Made by a program: the position numbers and the translations under genes. A stretch of DNA of 64,000 nt from Candidatus Latescibacterota bacterium (GTDB lineage Bacteria; Latescibacterota; UBA2968; UBA8231). A model generated the notes under the pieces. That model saw only the letters and a program-made list of their open reading frames with translations. It had not been told where the DNA came from and ran no database searches. Position 1 is the first letter of the stretch; each line of letters starts with the position of its first letter. Below, piece by piece: positions 11,969 through 22,306 of this stretch. The stretch spans positions 704,001 through 768,000 of the forward strand of contig CBDAOB010000004.1 in the NCBI GenBank assembly GCA_965197905.1. The letters run 5' to 3'.

Positions 11969-12904
11969 CTAACCGGACGTAGCGGCGGTTTCTGCCGCCT
12001 GTTCAATCTCTTCCAGGGTTGCCGCGCTGGCGAACTGCATCCTGCGGTCGATCCTCCGGTGCAGACTCTTCAGCACGCTCCCCGGACCCACTTCCACGGC
12101 GCGGTCGACGCCCAAATCGTTCAAACAACCCATCGACGCGGTCCAGCGCACCGGGCTGGTCATCTGGGCGCCGAGCTGAGCACGCAGCTCAGCGACCTCC
12201 TGCACCGGAGATGCGCCGACGTTCGTCACTACCGGAATCTTCGGCGCGACCAGCGGCGCCTCGGCAAGCAGCTCCTTCAATTCGATCGCCGCCGACTCCA
12301 TGAGCGGTGAGTGAAACGCAGCGCTCACCGGGAGCGGCACGACCTTCTTCGCACCGGATTCACCGGCGGCAACGGACACCTCCTCCACCGCCCGTTTCTC
12401 TCCGGAAATCACGAGCTGCGCAGGTGCGTTGAAGTTGGCGGCCGCGACGGTGCCGGCACAACGCTGGCAAAGATCCACGACCGTGTCATCGTCCAAACCC
12501 ATGATGGCTGCCATCGCCCCCGGCTGTTTGTCTCCCGCTTCCTGCATCAGGTCGCCTCTGCGCTTGACCAGGCGCAGGCCAGATTCGAAGTCGAGAGCCT
12601 CCGCAGCCACCAGAGCGGAATATTCGCCCAGGCTGTGACCGGCGACGCAGTCGGGACGCAGTCCCCGTTCAAGCAGCAGCCGCAACGCCGCAATGCTGTG
12701 CACAAAGACCGCCGGCTGGGTAATGGCGGTTTGGCGCAGCGCCTCTTCGGGTCCGCCGAAACAGAGTTGGCTCAGCCCCGTGCCCATCTCCCGGTCGGCC
12801 ATCTCGAACAGCTCGCGGGCAACCGGGGAATTGTCGTACAGATCCTTGCCCATACCGACGTACTGGGACGCTTGTCCTGGAAAGAGAAAAGCCAGATTGC
12901 CCAT
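11969..12904 (-). CDS. fabD: Malonyl-CoA:ACP transacylase
   Basis: FPGQ, GHSLGEY and SAAFHS. Confidence 0.95.
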   Translation of the reverse strand: MGNLAFLFPGQASQYVGMGKDLYDNSPVARELFEMADREMGTGLSQLCFGGPEEALRQTAITQPAVFVHSIAALRLLLERGLRPDCVAGHSLGEYSALVAAEALDFESGLRLVKRRGDLMQEAGDKQPGAMAAIMGLDDDTVVDLCQRCAGTVAAANFNAPAQLVISGEKRAVEEVSVAAGESGAKKVVPLPVSAAFHSPLMESAAIELKELLAEAPLVAPKIPVVTNVGASPVQEVAELRAQLGAQMTSPVRWTASMGCLNDLGVDRAVEVGPGSVLKSLHRRIDRRMQFASAATLEEIEQAAETAATSG

Positions 12905-12905
12905 C

Positions 12906-13910
12906 TCAGTAACACCACCGGATCAAGGCAGCTCCCCAGGTCAACCCGCCACCTACCGCAGCGAGCAGGGTCAGGTCGCCGGTCTCCAACCGACTTTGTT
13001 GTTTGGCTTCAGAGATGGCAATAGGGATCGTCGCGGCGGTGGTGTTGGCGTACCGTTCGATATTGGAGAACACCTTCTCGGCAGGAAGGTTCATGCGTTC
13101 AGCGGTGGCGTCGATAATGCGCTGATTGGCCTGATGGGGAATGAACAGCTTCAGATCTTCGGCGGTGAGGTTGTTGCGGTTCATGAGACTAAGAGACACC
13201 TCGGACATCTTCGTGACCGCGAATTTGAAGACCGTCCGACCCTCCTGGTGAACGTAGTGCAGACGATCGTCCAGTGTCTCCCGGGTCGCCGGATGCAGGC
13301 TGCCGCCTGCCTTGATGTGTAGACATTCGGTGCCAGAGCCGTCCGCGTGCAACTCGAAGTCCAGCAGTCCGGTATCGGCTTCTTCAGAGCGCTCCAGCAG
13401 AACCCCCCCAGCTCCGTCGCCAAAGAGGACGGAGGTGTTGCGATCCTCCATGTCCAGAATCGCACTCATTTTGTCTGCTCCGATAACCAAAACCTTATCG
13501 TGGGCCCCGCTCCGAATACACTGCGATCCGGCAACGACAGCGTAGACGAACCCGGAACAGGCGGCAGACAAATCATACGCCCAGGCCTTGCTGGCGCCGA
13601 TTTCATGTTGAACGAGGCAAGCTGTGGAAGGGAAAAACATGTCGGGAGTGACGGTCGCAACGATGATAAGATCGATGTCGGTTGGATCCAGCTGTTTCTG
13701 GTCCAGAATCTGCCGGGCGACCTCGATCGCCATGAAGGAAGTCGGCCTGCCTTCTAGGAAGCGTCGTTCTCCGATCCCGGTGCGACTCCGTATCCACTCA
13801 TCCGACGTCTCCACAAACTGGGACAGATCGGCATTGGTAACCACTTTCTCGGGCAGATAATGTGCCGCCGCGGTAATAACGGCACTGCATGTTCCACCGT
13901 CCGCTGTCAA
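12906..13910 (-). CDS. fabH: 3-oxoacyl-ACP synthase III
   Basis: AACSGF, FGDGAG, PHQAN and NTT. Confidence 0.95.
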   Translation of the reverse strand: MTADGGTCSAVITAAAHYLPEKVVTNADLSQFVETSDEWIRSRTGIGERRFLEGRPTSFMAIEVARQILDQKQLDPTDIDLIIVATVTPDMFFPSTACLVQHEIGASKAWAYDLSAACSGFVYAVVAGSQCIRSGAHDKVLVIGADKMSAILDMEDRNTSVLFGDGAGGVLLERSEEADTGLLDFELHADGSGTECLHIKAGGSLHPATRETLDDRLHYVHQEGRTVFKFAVTKMSEVSLSLMNRNNLTAEDLKLFIPHQANQRIIDATAERMNLPAEKVFSNIERYANTTAATIPIAISEAKQQSRLETGDLTLLAAVGGGLTWGAALIRWCY

Positions 13911-13955
13911 TCAAATCCTCAAACCGAATTCGCCGCACGCAGTCATCGTCAGTTA

Positions 13956-14138
13956 TCAGTCTGCCGGCTCTATGTATTCTCTGCCTTTGTAGAACCCGCA
14001 ACTGCTGCAGACGTGGTGGGGGACGGCCGGTTGCCCACAGTGGGAACAGTTCGTCATGGGAGAACTCTTCAACTTCCAGTGCGTGCGGCGCTTGTCGCGT
14101 CGCGTTCGCGATATCCGTCTCTTCGGTACTGCTACCAC
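13956..14138 (-). CDS. rpmF: 50S ribosomal protein L32
   Basis: AVPKRRISRTRRDKRR plus two CxxC motifs. Confidence 0.95.
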   Translation of the reverse strand: MVAVPKRRISRTRRDKRRTHWKLKSSPMTNCSHCGQPAVPHHVCSSCGFYKGREYIEPAD

Positions 14139-14180
14139 GTTACACCCTCCTGTTGTTGAACAAAGTCCTGGTAAGCAAAC

Positions 14181-14726
14181 TCACTTAAATTTCAGCTCCT
14201 TCAGTGCTGCCCAGCGAGTATCGTCTCGTTTATCGGAACAGCCGCAGTCACTCTTGTTCAGATTCGTGCCGCATTGAGTGCATAAGCCCTTGCAGTCGGG
14301 CGTGCAAAAAACGCGTAGCGGGAGCGCCAAAACGAGCGCTTCGCGAATCTCCTTCTTCAGATCCACCGATTTCGCCCCCGGGTCGAGGATCATGACTTCC
14401 TCTTCCTCGTCTACGGCCTCCAACTCCTCCTCGCTGGCCCGCTTGCGCTGCACCAGGAGTCGGAAATCGGTCTCCAGCGATTCTTCGATTCCTCCGAGGC
14501 AACGACAGCACTCGCCTCCAACCGCGCAGGCGACCGAACCCTTGAACGAATAAGTTTCTATGCTTCTGCCGATATTCAGTTGCACCCGGACCAGGTCTGG
14601 CAGCGAGAAGTAGTCGTCTTCGAACTCCAACCCTGCCGCGTCCACCTCTAGCAACCGTTCTACCAGACCTTCTTCCAGGTCGTCGAGGAGTATTTCGGTG
14701 ACGGGAGGATCGACCTGGGGCGACAT
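14181..14726 (-). CDS. DUF177/YceD family protein
   Basis: CxRCL, CKGLCxxCGxNLN and RWAAL; adjacent to rpmF. Confidence 0.9.
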   Translation of the reverse strand: MSPQVDPPVTEILLDDLEEGLVERLLEVDAAGLEFEDDYFSLPDLVRVQLNIGRSIETYSFKGSVACAVGGECCRCLGGIEESLETDFRLLVQRKRASEEELEAVDEEEEVMILDPGAKSVDLKKEIREALVLALPLRVFCTPDCKGLCTQCGTNLNKSDCGCSDKRDDTRWAALKELKFK

Positions 14727-15127
14727 CAGGAACCGAAGATAAGTCCGATTTCGCGGGCGGCGTTGTCGACCGAATCGGAGGCATGCACGGCGTTGCTCTG
14801 GATATTCGTGCCGAAGTCAGCTCGAATCGTGCCGGCCGCCGCCTTGGTGCTGTCCGTTTCACCGATGAACCGTCGCAACCTGGCAACCGCGTCATCTCTC
14901 TCCAGCACCATGGGCACTACCGAACCCGAGCAGATCCATTGGATGAGCTCGGGGAAAAACGGCTTGTCACTATGCACACCGTAAAACTCTCGCGCCGCCT
15001 CCTTGGCGAATCTCGTCATGTGCAGCTCCCTGACCACGAAGCCTTCCGATTCCACGCGTCGAATGATCTCCCCGACGGCGTTTTTGGCCACCGCATCGGG
15101 TTTGATAATCATCAAGGTCCGTTCCAT
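14726..15127 (-). CDS. ndk: Nucleoside diphosphate kinase
   Basis: MERTLMIIKPDAV, GTIRADF and NAVHASDS. True start at 15127. Confidence 0.95.
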   Translation of the reverse strand: MERTLMIIKPDAVAKNAVGEIIRRVESEGFVVRELHMTRFAKEAAREFYGVHSDKPFFPELIQWICSGSVVPMVLERDDAVARLRRFIGETDSTKAAAGTIRADFGTNIQSNAVHASDSVDNAAREIGLIFGS

Positions 15128-15439
15128 GCCATTCCTTCTCGCTGCCGAGCTCATACGGCCGCGTACGAGCGGCAAAAAAAGATTCCAATCGAGCTTGAAA
15201 TAATAGAAGTTAACCCTTTTCGTGTCAACCAGATGGGAGCTTTGGGCGGCGCTGTCGAGAGCACCTGTTTTTGGGCATCTCCGGGACCCGAAAATGAAGG
15301 CGGACAGGGGCGCCCGAATCCGGCTTGCGCCGGCATCCGAACCGCGATTCGGCTTGGGTTTTAACCCTTTCCTGGCCCCATTTTCCACCCGCTGGTGATT
15401 TCTTGACAGGGTAATTTCCCAAGGATAGATTCGCCAAAC

Positions 15440-16783
15440 ATGGATCACCCGCTGCTCGGAGACCACGGTAAGGCGATTCGCGACCCCGTGTGGGGTTACA
15501 TTCACGTCCCCGATCCAGTCCTCGCCCTTGTAGACACCGAAGACTTCCAACGACTTCGGAACATAACCCAGCTGGGATTTGTCAGCCTGGTTTACCCCGG
15601 GGCGCGTCATTCCCGCTTCGAACATTCGCTGGGCGTTTTTCACCTTGCCAAACAGTTCCTCCTGCGCCTGCTGAACTCCGATCCACCCCTGGAGTTGGAG
15701 GAGGAAGACATAAAAACCTTCGTCGCCGCAACCTTGTTGCACGACATCGGACATTACCCCTTTTCCCACACCCTGGAGGAGCTCGCTCCTTTTTTCGTTC
15801 ACCACGAGGAACGGGCGCGGCAGATCATTCTCGATCCCACCCGGGGCATCAATCGGGTTCTGCGGAACGAATTCGATATAGACCCGGTGAGTGTGGCCAA
15901 CGTGATCGATTACCGCAACAAGAGCGTCGATATACCCCGACGGCACCTGCTGTTGGCCAATATCCTCAGCGGCACTCTCGACCCGGATAAGATCGATTAC
16001 CTGCTGCGAGATTCTCTGTTTTGCGGCGTGCCGTTCGGAGAAAGCGTCAATCGGGATCGCCTCATCACCTCCATCAAATACGATCCGTCCCGCACACGCC
16101 TGGCCATCACTAGTAAGGGAGTGTCGGCGGTGGAGGCTTTGGTGTTCACCAACTATCAGATGTATCGCAATGTCTATTGGCACCACACCGTTCGGTCGGC
16201 CACGGCGATGTTCAAGCGCGCGGTGCAGGATGTGCTCAATCACTCCAGCTGCCAATTGCGCCTGGACGACTTCCACGGAATATCGGAGAGTGAGTTGATT
16301 CTGATGTTGCGGGAGGAGCAGCGACGCCTGGGGTTGGAGGGGGCAGCGCTTCTCTTGGAAGGCACGGTTTCAAGGCGGTTGCACAAGCTGGGCAGTTTCA
16401 TTTCTCCCGGTGAGCGCAAACGGGAGTTGCTGCATTTCTTCTATGACCTCTATCGCCATCCCGAGAAGCGTCGGGCCAAGGAATTGGAGTTGTGTCGCAT
16501 CTTCGGCGAACATCTCGAACGCGAGATGATGGGACACGAGATTCTCATAGACATTCCCAGCTTCAACAAGAGTCCGGAAGTCGACTTGAAGGTCTTTTTC
16601 GGGGCCGATGTACCGAGTGAAAAGCTCGATCCTCTCGCCTTCGACGACCCGGAAGTTTCGCGGTTGCGCGACTCCTTGTTGCTAAATTTTGAGGACCAGG
16701 CGAAGATTTTTCGGATCTTTTGTATTGACGATGCAGACCTGCGCAAGCTCGTGCGCAACGAGGTGAAACAACATCTCAACTGA
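15440..16783 (+). CDS. HD-domain phosphohydrolase (SAMHD1/dNTPase-like)
   Basis: QRLRxIxQLG, HSRFEHSLG, LHDIGH.PFSH and DKIDYLLRD. Confidence 0.9.
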   Translation: MDHPLLGDHGKAIRDPVWGYIHVPDPVLALVDTEDFQRLRNITQLGFVSLVYPGARHSRFEHSLGVFHLAKQFLLRLLNSDPPLELEEEDIKTFVAATLLHDIGHYPFSHTLEELAPFFVHHEERARQIILDPTRGINRVLRNEFDIDPVSVANVIDYRNKSVDIPRRHLLLANILSGTLDPDKIDYLLRDSLFCGVPFGESVNRDRLITSIKYDPSRTRLAITSKGVSAVEALVFTNYQMYRNVYWHHTVRSATAMFKRAVQDVLNHSSCQLRLDDFHGISESELILMLREEQRRLGLEGAALLLEGTVSRRLHKLGSFISPGERKRELLHFFYDLYRHPEKRRAKELELCRIFGEHLEREMMGHEILIDIPSFNKSPEVDLKVFFGADVPSEKLDPLAFDDPEVSRLRDSLLLNFEDQAKIFRIFCIDDADLRKLVRNEVKQHLN

Positions 16784-16836
16784 GGCGTCTCGAACGACGT
16801 ACACCTACAAACCGAACTTTACCAAGGGGTGAATCT

Positions 16837-17961
16837 ATGAACCTGCGATCGACTTCTTATTGGACAGCTATAGCCGTTTTCCTCCTTTTGCGAACCGCAG
16901 GCGGAACCGAGAAAATCAACCTCGCCGTCGTCGGCGTTGGCGGCGGAGCCGGCACCAAGGAAGTTTCAGCTTTTGTGCAGTCGGCGGTCGAGGACGAGCT
17001 GAGCAATAGCGGAAAATTCAACGTGGTCGAGCGGGGCCGCCTCAAGCAGGTGTTGGAAGAGATATCCTTCCAGCAATCTGGAGTCACCAACGAAGAATCT
17101 ACCGCGAAGCTAGGACAGCAGCTGAACGTCGAAAAGCTGGTTTTCCTGCGAGTTCACCGCCTGCGCCAGAAGTACCAGCTGAGCCTCAAGGTCGTCGACG
17201 TCTCCACGAACCGCATCCTGCGTGTAGTAGAGAAGAGTCTCGGCAAGAAGGCGGACGCGGTGGGCGCTCCCGCGCGGTACGCGGCGCGCAAGTTGATTCA
17301 GGCCGCATCGCAGCTTATAAAGACCGAAATGGTTCTCATACGCGGGAGGCGTTTCGAGGTCGGCGACGTCAAGGACATAAATGTGAATCCCCAAAAAGTC
17401 ACCGTCGATTCTTTTTACATAGATCCGTACGAAGTAAGCCAGATAGCCTTCGTGCAGTTCAAGGGAGGTGCAGACGACAAGCTATTAGAGCGTCCCGATG
17501 CTCCCGCGACCCAGGTGAGCTGGAACGACGCCGACGCCTACTGCCGGTCGCTCGGCAAACGCTTGCCCACCGAGTCCGAGTGGGAACTCGCAGGCAAGGG
17601 AATGGCAGAGCGCCTGTACCCTTGGGGCTCTCAGGGCCCAAGGTTGGGACGTGCGATCTTCGGTGGTTTCGAAACGGAACCGGTAAGCGTCTATACCGTG
17701 CTCGACGGCGCCACGCCGGATGGAGTTCATCACCTGGCCGGTAATGCCGCCGAGTGGGTTAGCGATTGGTGGGGGTTGTCCCTCGACCTGAAAGGCCAGA
17801 ATCCGACGGGTCCGGAACATGGAGACTACAAGGTCGTGCGCGGTGGTTCGTGGGAGGATGGCGCCTTCGACATCAGAACCACAGCGCGCTCCTACCATAC
17901 ACCCGAAAAGGGATCCCCGACCATCGGCTTTCGCTGCGCCAAAGACCTGGAACGGCCCTAG
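16837..17961 (+). CDS. Exported protein with CsgG-like N-terminal domain and FGE-sulfatase (SUMF1) domain
   Basis: Signal peptide, FNVVER..L..VL.E, RLPTESEWE, GNAAEW, RGGSW and GFRCA. Confidence 0.82.
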   Translation: MNLRSTSYWTAIAVFLLLRTAGGTEKINLAVVGVGGGAGTKEVSAFVQSAVEDELSNSGKFNVVERGRLKQVLEEISFQQSGVTNEESTAKLGQQLNVEKLVFLRVHRLRQKYQLSLKVVDVSTNRILRVVEKSLGKKADAVGAPARYAARKLIQAASQLIKTEMVLIRGRRFEVGDVKDINVNPQKVTVDSFYIDPYEVSQIAFVQFKGGADDKLLERPDAPATQVSWNDADAYCRSLGKRLPTESEWELAGKGMAERLYPWGSQGPRLGRAIFGGFETEPVSVYTVLDGATPDGVHHLAGNAAEWVSDWWGLSLDLKGQNPTGPEHGDYKVVRGGSWEDGAFDIRTTARSYHTPEKGSPTIGFRCAKDLERP

Positions 17962-18005
17962 CTGGGTTACGCGAGCAAAAGCTGCCCTCGCCGATTGTCC
18001 TTGCC

Positions 18006-19205
18006 GTGAACCTTCCCGAGTTGGTATTGCGGCGGGGAGCGGAGCGCTCGCCCCGCAACGGTCATCCTTGGATCTTCAGTGGTGCGGTCGAGCGTCCGCC
18101 AAGTAGCGCGGCACCCGGTGACCTCGTCGAAGTGGTGGACCATCGCAAACGCTTCGTAGGGCGAGGTTTCTTCAATCCACGGTCGCAGATCCGCGTTCGA
18201 TTGCTGACGTGGAACCCCGACCAATCCGTAGATGCGGCCTTCTTTCAGCAACGGGTTGCCCGCGCGTTGGCGCTCAGACAGCAATGCGGCATCGCCGAAC
18301 AGTCCAATGCCCGGCGTGTAATACACGGAGAGAATGACGGGCTCCCTGGTCTGATCGTCGACGATTTTGCGGGACACGTCGTCATTCAGATACACACCCA
18401 AGGGATGGAGAATGTTCGCGATCTCCTCCTCGACACCCTCGAGGAACAGCTGCAGCCGTTCGGCATTTTTGAGCGCAGCGATGTGGGCACCAGACGCGCC
18501 GAAGGCATGGTGGACAGGCCGACGGGCGTGTGCCGGGGCAAGGAACCGCCCCAGTTTGTGGAGATTGAGGAAGGTGATGCCCGGTTGTTCGTGGACATCT
18601 ATGGTGGACAGAAAACCGGATTCTTTCTCGATCAGCGCGACAATCGGCTGATGTTACAACGTCTCAGTGAAGGGAAGGAGGTTCTGGACTGTTTCTCCTA
18701 CAGCTGCGGATACTCCGCCCACGCCCTCAGAGGCGGCGCCAGGCGCGCGGTGAACATCGACGTCTCATCGACAGCGTTTTGCTCCGGACGGCGCAACCTG
18801 GAGTACAATTGCCCTGAGGGATCGAGCTATCAGATGGTGCGCGCCAATGTCTTTGCGTATCTGGAGATGTTGGCCGAACGCGGCCCCTTGTTCGACGTGT
18901 TGGTATTGGACCCTCCCTCCCTGCTGCGCAAGCGCGGCCAGCTCAAGAAAACAATGGGTGTCTACACCAAACTGAATCGCAATGCGCTGCGAATCTTGCG
19001 CGACGGCGGTCTACTGGTGTCCTGCTCCTGCTCGACTCACGTTACTCCAGAGGATTTCTTTCAGATCGTGCGACGGGCAGCCACCGGAGCGGAGGTCGAG
19101 GCACGCATCACAGCGTTCAATCTACAGCCAGCGGATCACCCGGTGAATCCCGCCTTTCCCGAAGGCCGGTACCTGAAGGCGATCTTCGCCCGCATCGAAC
19201 GCTAG
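18006..19205 (+). CDS. rlmI: Class I SAM-dependent rRNA methyltransferase (RlmI type)
   Basis: GHPWIF PUA domain, GQKTGFFLDQRDNR, LDPP and FPEGRYLK. Start codon approximate. Confidence 0.88.
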   Translation: MNLPELVLRRGAERSPRNGHPWIFSGAVERPPSSAAPGDLVEVVDHRKRFVGRGFFNPRSQIRVRLLTWNPDQSVDAAFFQQRVARALALRQQCGIAEQSNARRVIHGENDGLPGLIVDDFAGHVVIQIHTQGMENVRDLLLDTLEEQLQPFGIFERSDVGTRRAEGMVDRPTGVCRGKEPPQFVEIEEGDARLFVDIYGGQKTGFFLDQRDNRLMLQRLSEGKEVLDCFSYSCGYSAHALRGGARRAVNIDVSSTAFCSGRRNLEYNCPEGSSYQMVRANVFAYLEMLAERGPLFDVLVLDPPSLLRKRGQLKKTMGVYTKLNRNALRILRDGGLLVSCSCSTHVTPEDFFQIVRRAATGAEVEARITAFNLQPADHPVNPAFPEGRYLKAIFARIER

Positions 19206-19242
19206 TACTCGCCAAAGCTTTGGCAATGCAATGCGACGGGCT

Positions 19243-20067
19243 CTAGCTCGCTTCCTTGCGCTTGCCACTCTCGATGTCCAGCTCAACGAGAATAGCCCGC
19301 ATTTCCGCGCGCGAGATCTCGCCCCTATTCGCCGTGCGTTCGATGTACTTACGGGTTTTGCCGTTCAAGACGCCGTAGAATCCTCGGACCTCGGGATCCT
19401 GATGGTCGCGCCAGAGTTGGCTGGGTATGAGGGAATCTTCGCTCAGATGGGGCCGATCGCGGTGCCCATAGTAGATCTGCACCGATTTTCGCACGCTCTC
19501 GGTGGGGCGCACGGTGGCGGTGTGGATGACCGAAACGTTGAAGAGAATCCCAGTGCCGGCTGGACCGTGCAGATCGTGTATGCCGCCGCGCGCGACATGT
19601 TCCTGGGTTTCCAGAATCTCCTGGTCCACCGCCTCCGGAGAGATGGAGAAACAGTGAGTCGTTTCGTCCACATCGGTCAGGTAGACCATCAGCTGCGCGT
19701 AATCCATGCGATACGGATGCTCGGGCCAATGGGGGCGATCCCGGTGCCAGGCGCGGGATAATTCGCCGTCGTGCGGTGCCATGTGGCGGATACAGAGCTC
19801 CGAGAAGCAAACCTCCCCACTCATCAATTCCCGCAGCGGTGGCAGCACCCGAGGATGCCGAATGATGTCGTCGAATTCGGGCGAGGTCACGAGGGCGTCG
19901 CAGTTCATGGTCTGATCGCCTCCGCCGTACCAGTGGCCAGACATCTCTTCCCTATCGCGATCGTAGATCTCCTCAAACCGCTGCAGCTGGTCATCATCAA
20001 GTATCGTGCCCAGGGTCAGGTATCCGTGGGAGCTGAAGAAGCTGATCTGTCGGGGGTCGAGTGCCAT
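19243..20067 (-). CDS. Phytanoyl-CoA dioxygenase (PhyH) family protein
   Basis: F..HGYL, WHRD, VYLTDV and distal His. Confidence 0.8.
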   Translation of the reverse strand: MALDPRQISFFSSHGYLTLGTILDDDQLQRFEEIYDRDREEMSGHWYGGGDQTMNCDALVTSPEFDDIIRHPRVLPPLRELMSGEVCFSELCIRHMAPHDGELSRAWHRDRPHWPEHPYRMDYAQLMVYLTDVDETTHCFSISPEAVDQEILETQEHVARGGIHDLHGPAGTGILFNVSVIHTATVRPTESVRKSVQIYYGHRDRPHLSEDSLIPSQLWRDHQDPEVRGFYGVLNGKTRKYIERTANRGEISRAEMRAILVELDIESGKRKEAS

Positions 20068-20094
20068 GGTTTCAGTGGTCGAGCGCGCCGCGTC

Positions 20095-20775
20095 CTACCT
20101 CGCCAGCTCCGCCCTCCAGGCTTTCCATTTCTCAAAGGTGAAGTCGGGTGCTTCGGTAAACTCGAAGACCCCGGTTTCGAATTCTCTCACCTCGTGTGCG
20201 AGCTTGAGAATCTCTTCGGCGTGCTCTACCGGTATGCGCACGAATCCGTCGCCATCACCAAAAAGCAAGTCGCGTGGTTGAACGCGCAGCTGGCCCACCG
20301 TGATCGGCGCATCGATTCGGGTGACATTGAAGACCCCGTGCCCGGGAACCGTGCCCCACCCGAACATGGGCAACCCGACCTGGCGAATCCCCTCTAGATC
20401 GCGCACCGTGCCGTCGACGAGGGCGCCTACGACCCCAAGCCGCCTGTGCAGGCGCGCCATTCCGTCCCCGAAACTGGCGCCCCGTCCCGGGTTTGAATCC
20501 ACGTCCTTCATGACAGCCACGATCGGTCCTTCAGTGTCGTTGAGAGCCTGGTAATAGTCGTCCCACGGCGCCGCTGGTGAATCGGCATCGTTGGTGGTCA
20601 CTTCCGCCGTTACAGCGTAACCGATGATCGATCCGAACTCGGGTGTGAGGTATCGGATCGTATGGTCGGTGTAATCGTAGTTGGGCAATCCGAGTTTTTT
20701 GACCACCGCGTTGAAAATGGTTGGGGAATCGAACTCCTTGATTCCCTCCAGCACTTCAGGTTTAACAGGGGGCAT
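20095..20775 (-). CDS. RraA / HMG-aldolase family protein
   Basis: FGDGM, GALVDGTVRD and GDGDG. Confidence 0.82.
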   Translation of the reverse strand: MPPVKPEVLEGIKEFDSPTIFNAVVKKLGLPNYDYTDHTIRYLTPEFGSIIGYAVTAEVTTNDADSPAAPWDDYYQALNDTEGPIVAVMKDVDSNPGRGASFGDGMARLHRRLGVVGALVDGTVRDLEGIRQVGLPMFGWGTVPGHGVFNVTRIDAPITVGQLRVQPRDLLFGDGDGFVRIPVEHAEEILKLAHEVREFETGVFEFTEAPDFTFEKWKAWRAELAR

Positions 20776-20802
20776 GACTTCTCCTTACTGTGATGTGGTG
20801 CC

Positions 20803-21597
20803 TCATGGAACGGATGCGCGCTCGAACGCCATCATGTTCACCGGTTCTGGATCGGTAAAAACCGTTTGTGGAAGGGCGTCGTAAACTGCAATTTCGGAAT
20901 GATCTCTCTCGCCTCGATCGGCGGACAGCCAGATGCGGCCGTGGGGTTGCCAGTTCGCCCAGGGAATCTGAAACCGCGATTCCGTGTCGGTGGCGGCGGA
21001 AAAAAAGTCCCATTGCACGACCTGCTTGGAATTTCGGTCTACGTAGACGTCATATTTGTTTTGTGGAGTAACACCCACGCCGTCAAAAGTGAGAGTCAGG
21101 ATGTCCGCCGGTGCGCCGTCGATCGTCGTCCCCACACCCTTGTGTTTCAGCGTCACGCCGCTGTCCTTGAGCTTGTACGGCATAAACATCCAGTAAGAGT
21201 CGTTGATCCACGCCCGGTATCCTTTCTGCAGCAAGATGTCCAGCGAATCCGCCTCGGTCACCTCCACCCTCGACTGCCAGGCTCTGCCGTTTTTGTCGAC
21301 CACGTTCATGAGCACGGTCAAGTCCCCCTGCTCGAAGCGGATCCTGCCCGTCCACTTGTCCCATACGTGCCGGCGTTGGCCGAAGAAACGCCAGGTAACG
21401 TAGCGCGTCTCGTCCCAGTTCCCGCGTCCGCCTAGGTGTGACATTACCTGATCCGCCAGCTCGATGGCCTGGGGATCCGAGCCGTCGTGATCGAATCCCG
21501 CGGCAGCCGGATTGTCATCGGCCGAGGCGACGGAGCAGCACATTGCGGCCACCACAAGAGCCGCACACCAAGATGGGGAGTGTCGATAGTGCCCCAA
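20803..21597 (-). CDS. Exported hypothetical protein
   Basis: Long ORF with signal-peptide-like N-terminus, GGAG before TTG at 21597, conserved-looking WINDSYW.MPYKL. Confidence 0.7.
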   Translation of the reverse strand: MGHYRHSPSWCAALVVAAMCCSVASADDNPAAAGFDHDGSDPQAIELADQVMSHLGGRGNWDETRYVTWRFFGQRRHVWDKWTGRIRFEQGDLTVLMNVVDKNGRAWQSRVEVTEADSLDILLQKGYRAWINDSYWMFMPYKLKDSGVTLKHKGVGTTIDGAPADILTLTFDGVGVTPQNKYDVYVDRNSKQVVQWDFFSAATDTESRFQIPWANWQPHGRIWLSADRGERDHSEIAVYDALPQTVFTDPEPVNMMAFERASVP

Positions 21598-21619
21598 GCT
21601 TGTCTCCTGCAAGAAACCG

Positions 21620-22306
21620 TCAAACACTGAAACGAATTTCGATGACTTCATTCGGTTGCACGATGTAATCGCGATCGACCAGCTTTGCGACTCCTTTTGA
21701 CTTGCAGTCGTTGAAGTTGTGACAGCTCATGTAGTCCTCGAAAGGAACCACGTCCCCTTTGATAAAACCACGGGCAAGGTCGGAGTGGATCTTACCCGCA
21801 CAACTAAGGATATCCGTTTCCTGAGGCACCAGCCAGGCGTGCGACTCCTGCGGTGCGGAGGTGTAGAAAAACATCTGCTTGGCTTTCGCCAGGGTTATTT
21901 GGATTACCGCGTTGACGTCTGTACCTGGATCGATCTGCGCCACCGGTTTCATGCTGTCCGGATTTACCGGGGTTAGAACCTCGATTTCCTCGTCCGTGAA
22001 TGTTACGTCGCACAACGGGATCTCTTCTTCCAGCTGAGAAAGACATTTCTCCAACACCGGTTTTTCCACCTCGGTCGCCCGGGCAAGGCGGCTCTCGAGG
22101 CTGTCGATGTCGTCGATCAAAACGTCCAGCACGGCGTCAACCGCAACGGCGATTGCGTCGCACTGCGAATATTCGTCGCGGACGAACTCCGCGAAAAAGG
22201 GGGAGACTTTCTTGGGATTGTCCTTGGCCGCGAGGGCTTCCAGCCTTTCATCCTTGTACTTGGTTTTGCCTTCTGGAAGATCGATACCCGTAAATCCGAT
22301 CTTCAT
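21620..22306 (-). CDS. Short YchF-like (DUF933) protein lacking the P-loop
   Basis: C-terminal AGKIHSDLARGFIKGDV...DYIVQ..EVIEIRF TGS domain; no GxxxxGKS. Confidence 0.85.
   Translation of the reverse strand: MKIGFTGIDLPEGKTKYKDERLEALAAKDNPKKVSPFFAEFVRDEYSQCDAIAVAVDAVLDVLIDDIDSLESRLARATEVEKPVLEKCLSQLEEEIPLCDVTFTDEEIEVLTPVNPDSMKPVAQIDPGTDVNAVIQITLAKAKQMFFYTSAPQESHAWLVPQETDILSCAGKIHSDLARGFIKGDVVPFEDYMSCHNFNDCKSKGVAKLVDRDYIVQPNEVIEIRFSV

Noticed and set aside
14726..16276. 516-aa ORF suggesting a long N-terminal extension on Ndk
   Set aside because: The extension is antisense to the HD-domain gene; the real ndk starts at 15127.
19211..19224. Palindrome GCCAAAGCTTTGGC between convergent genes
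   Set aside because: Too short and without a U-tract to call as a terminator or operator.
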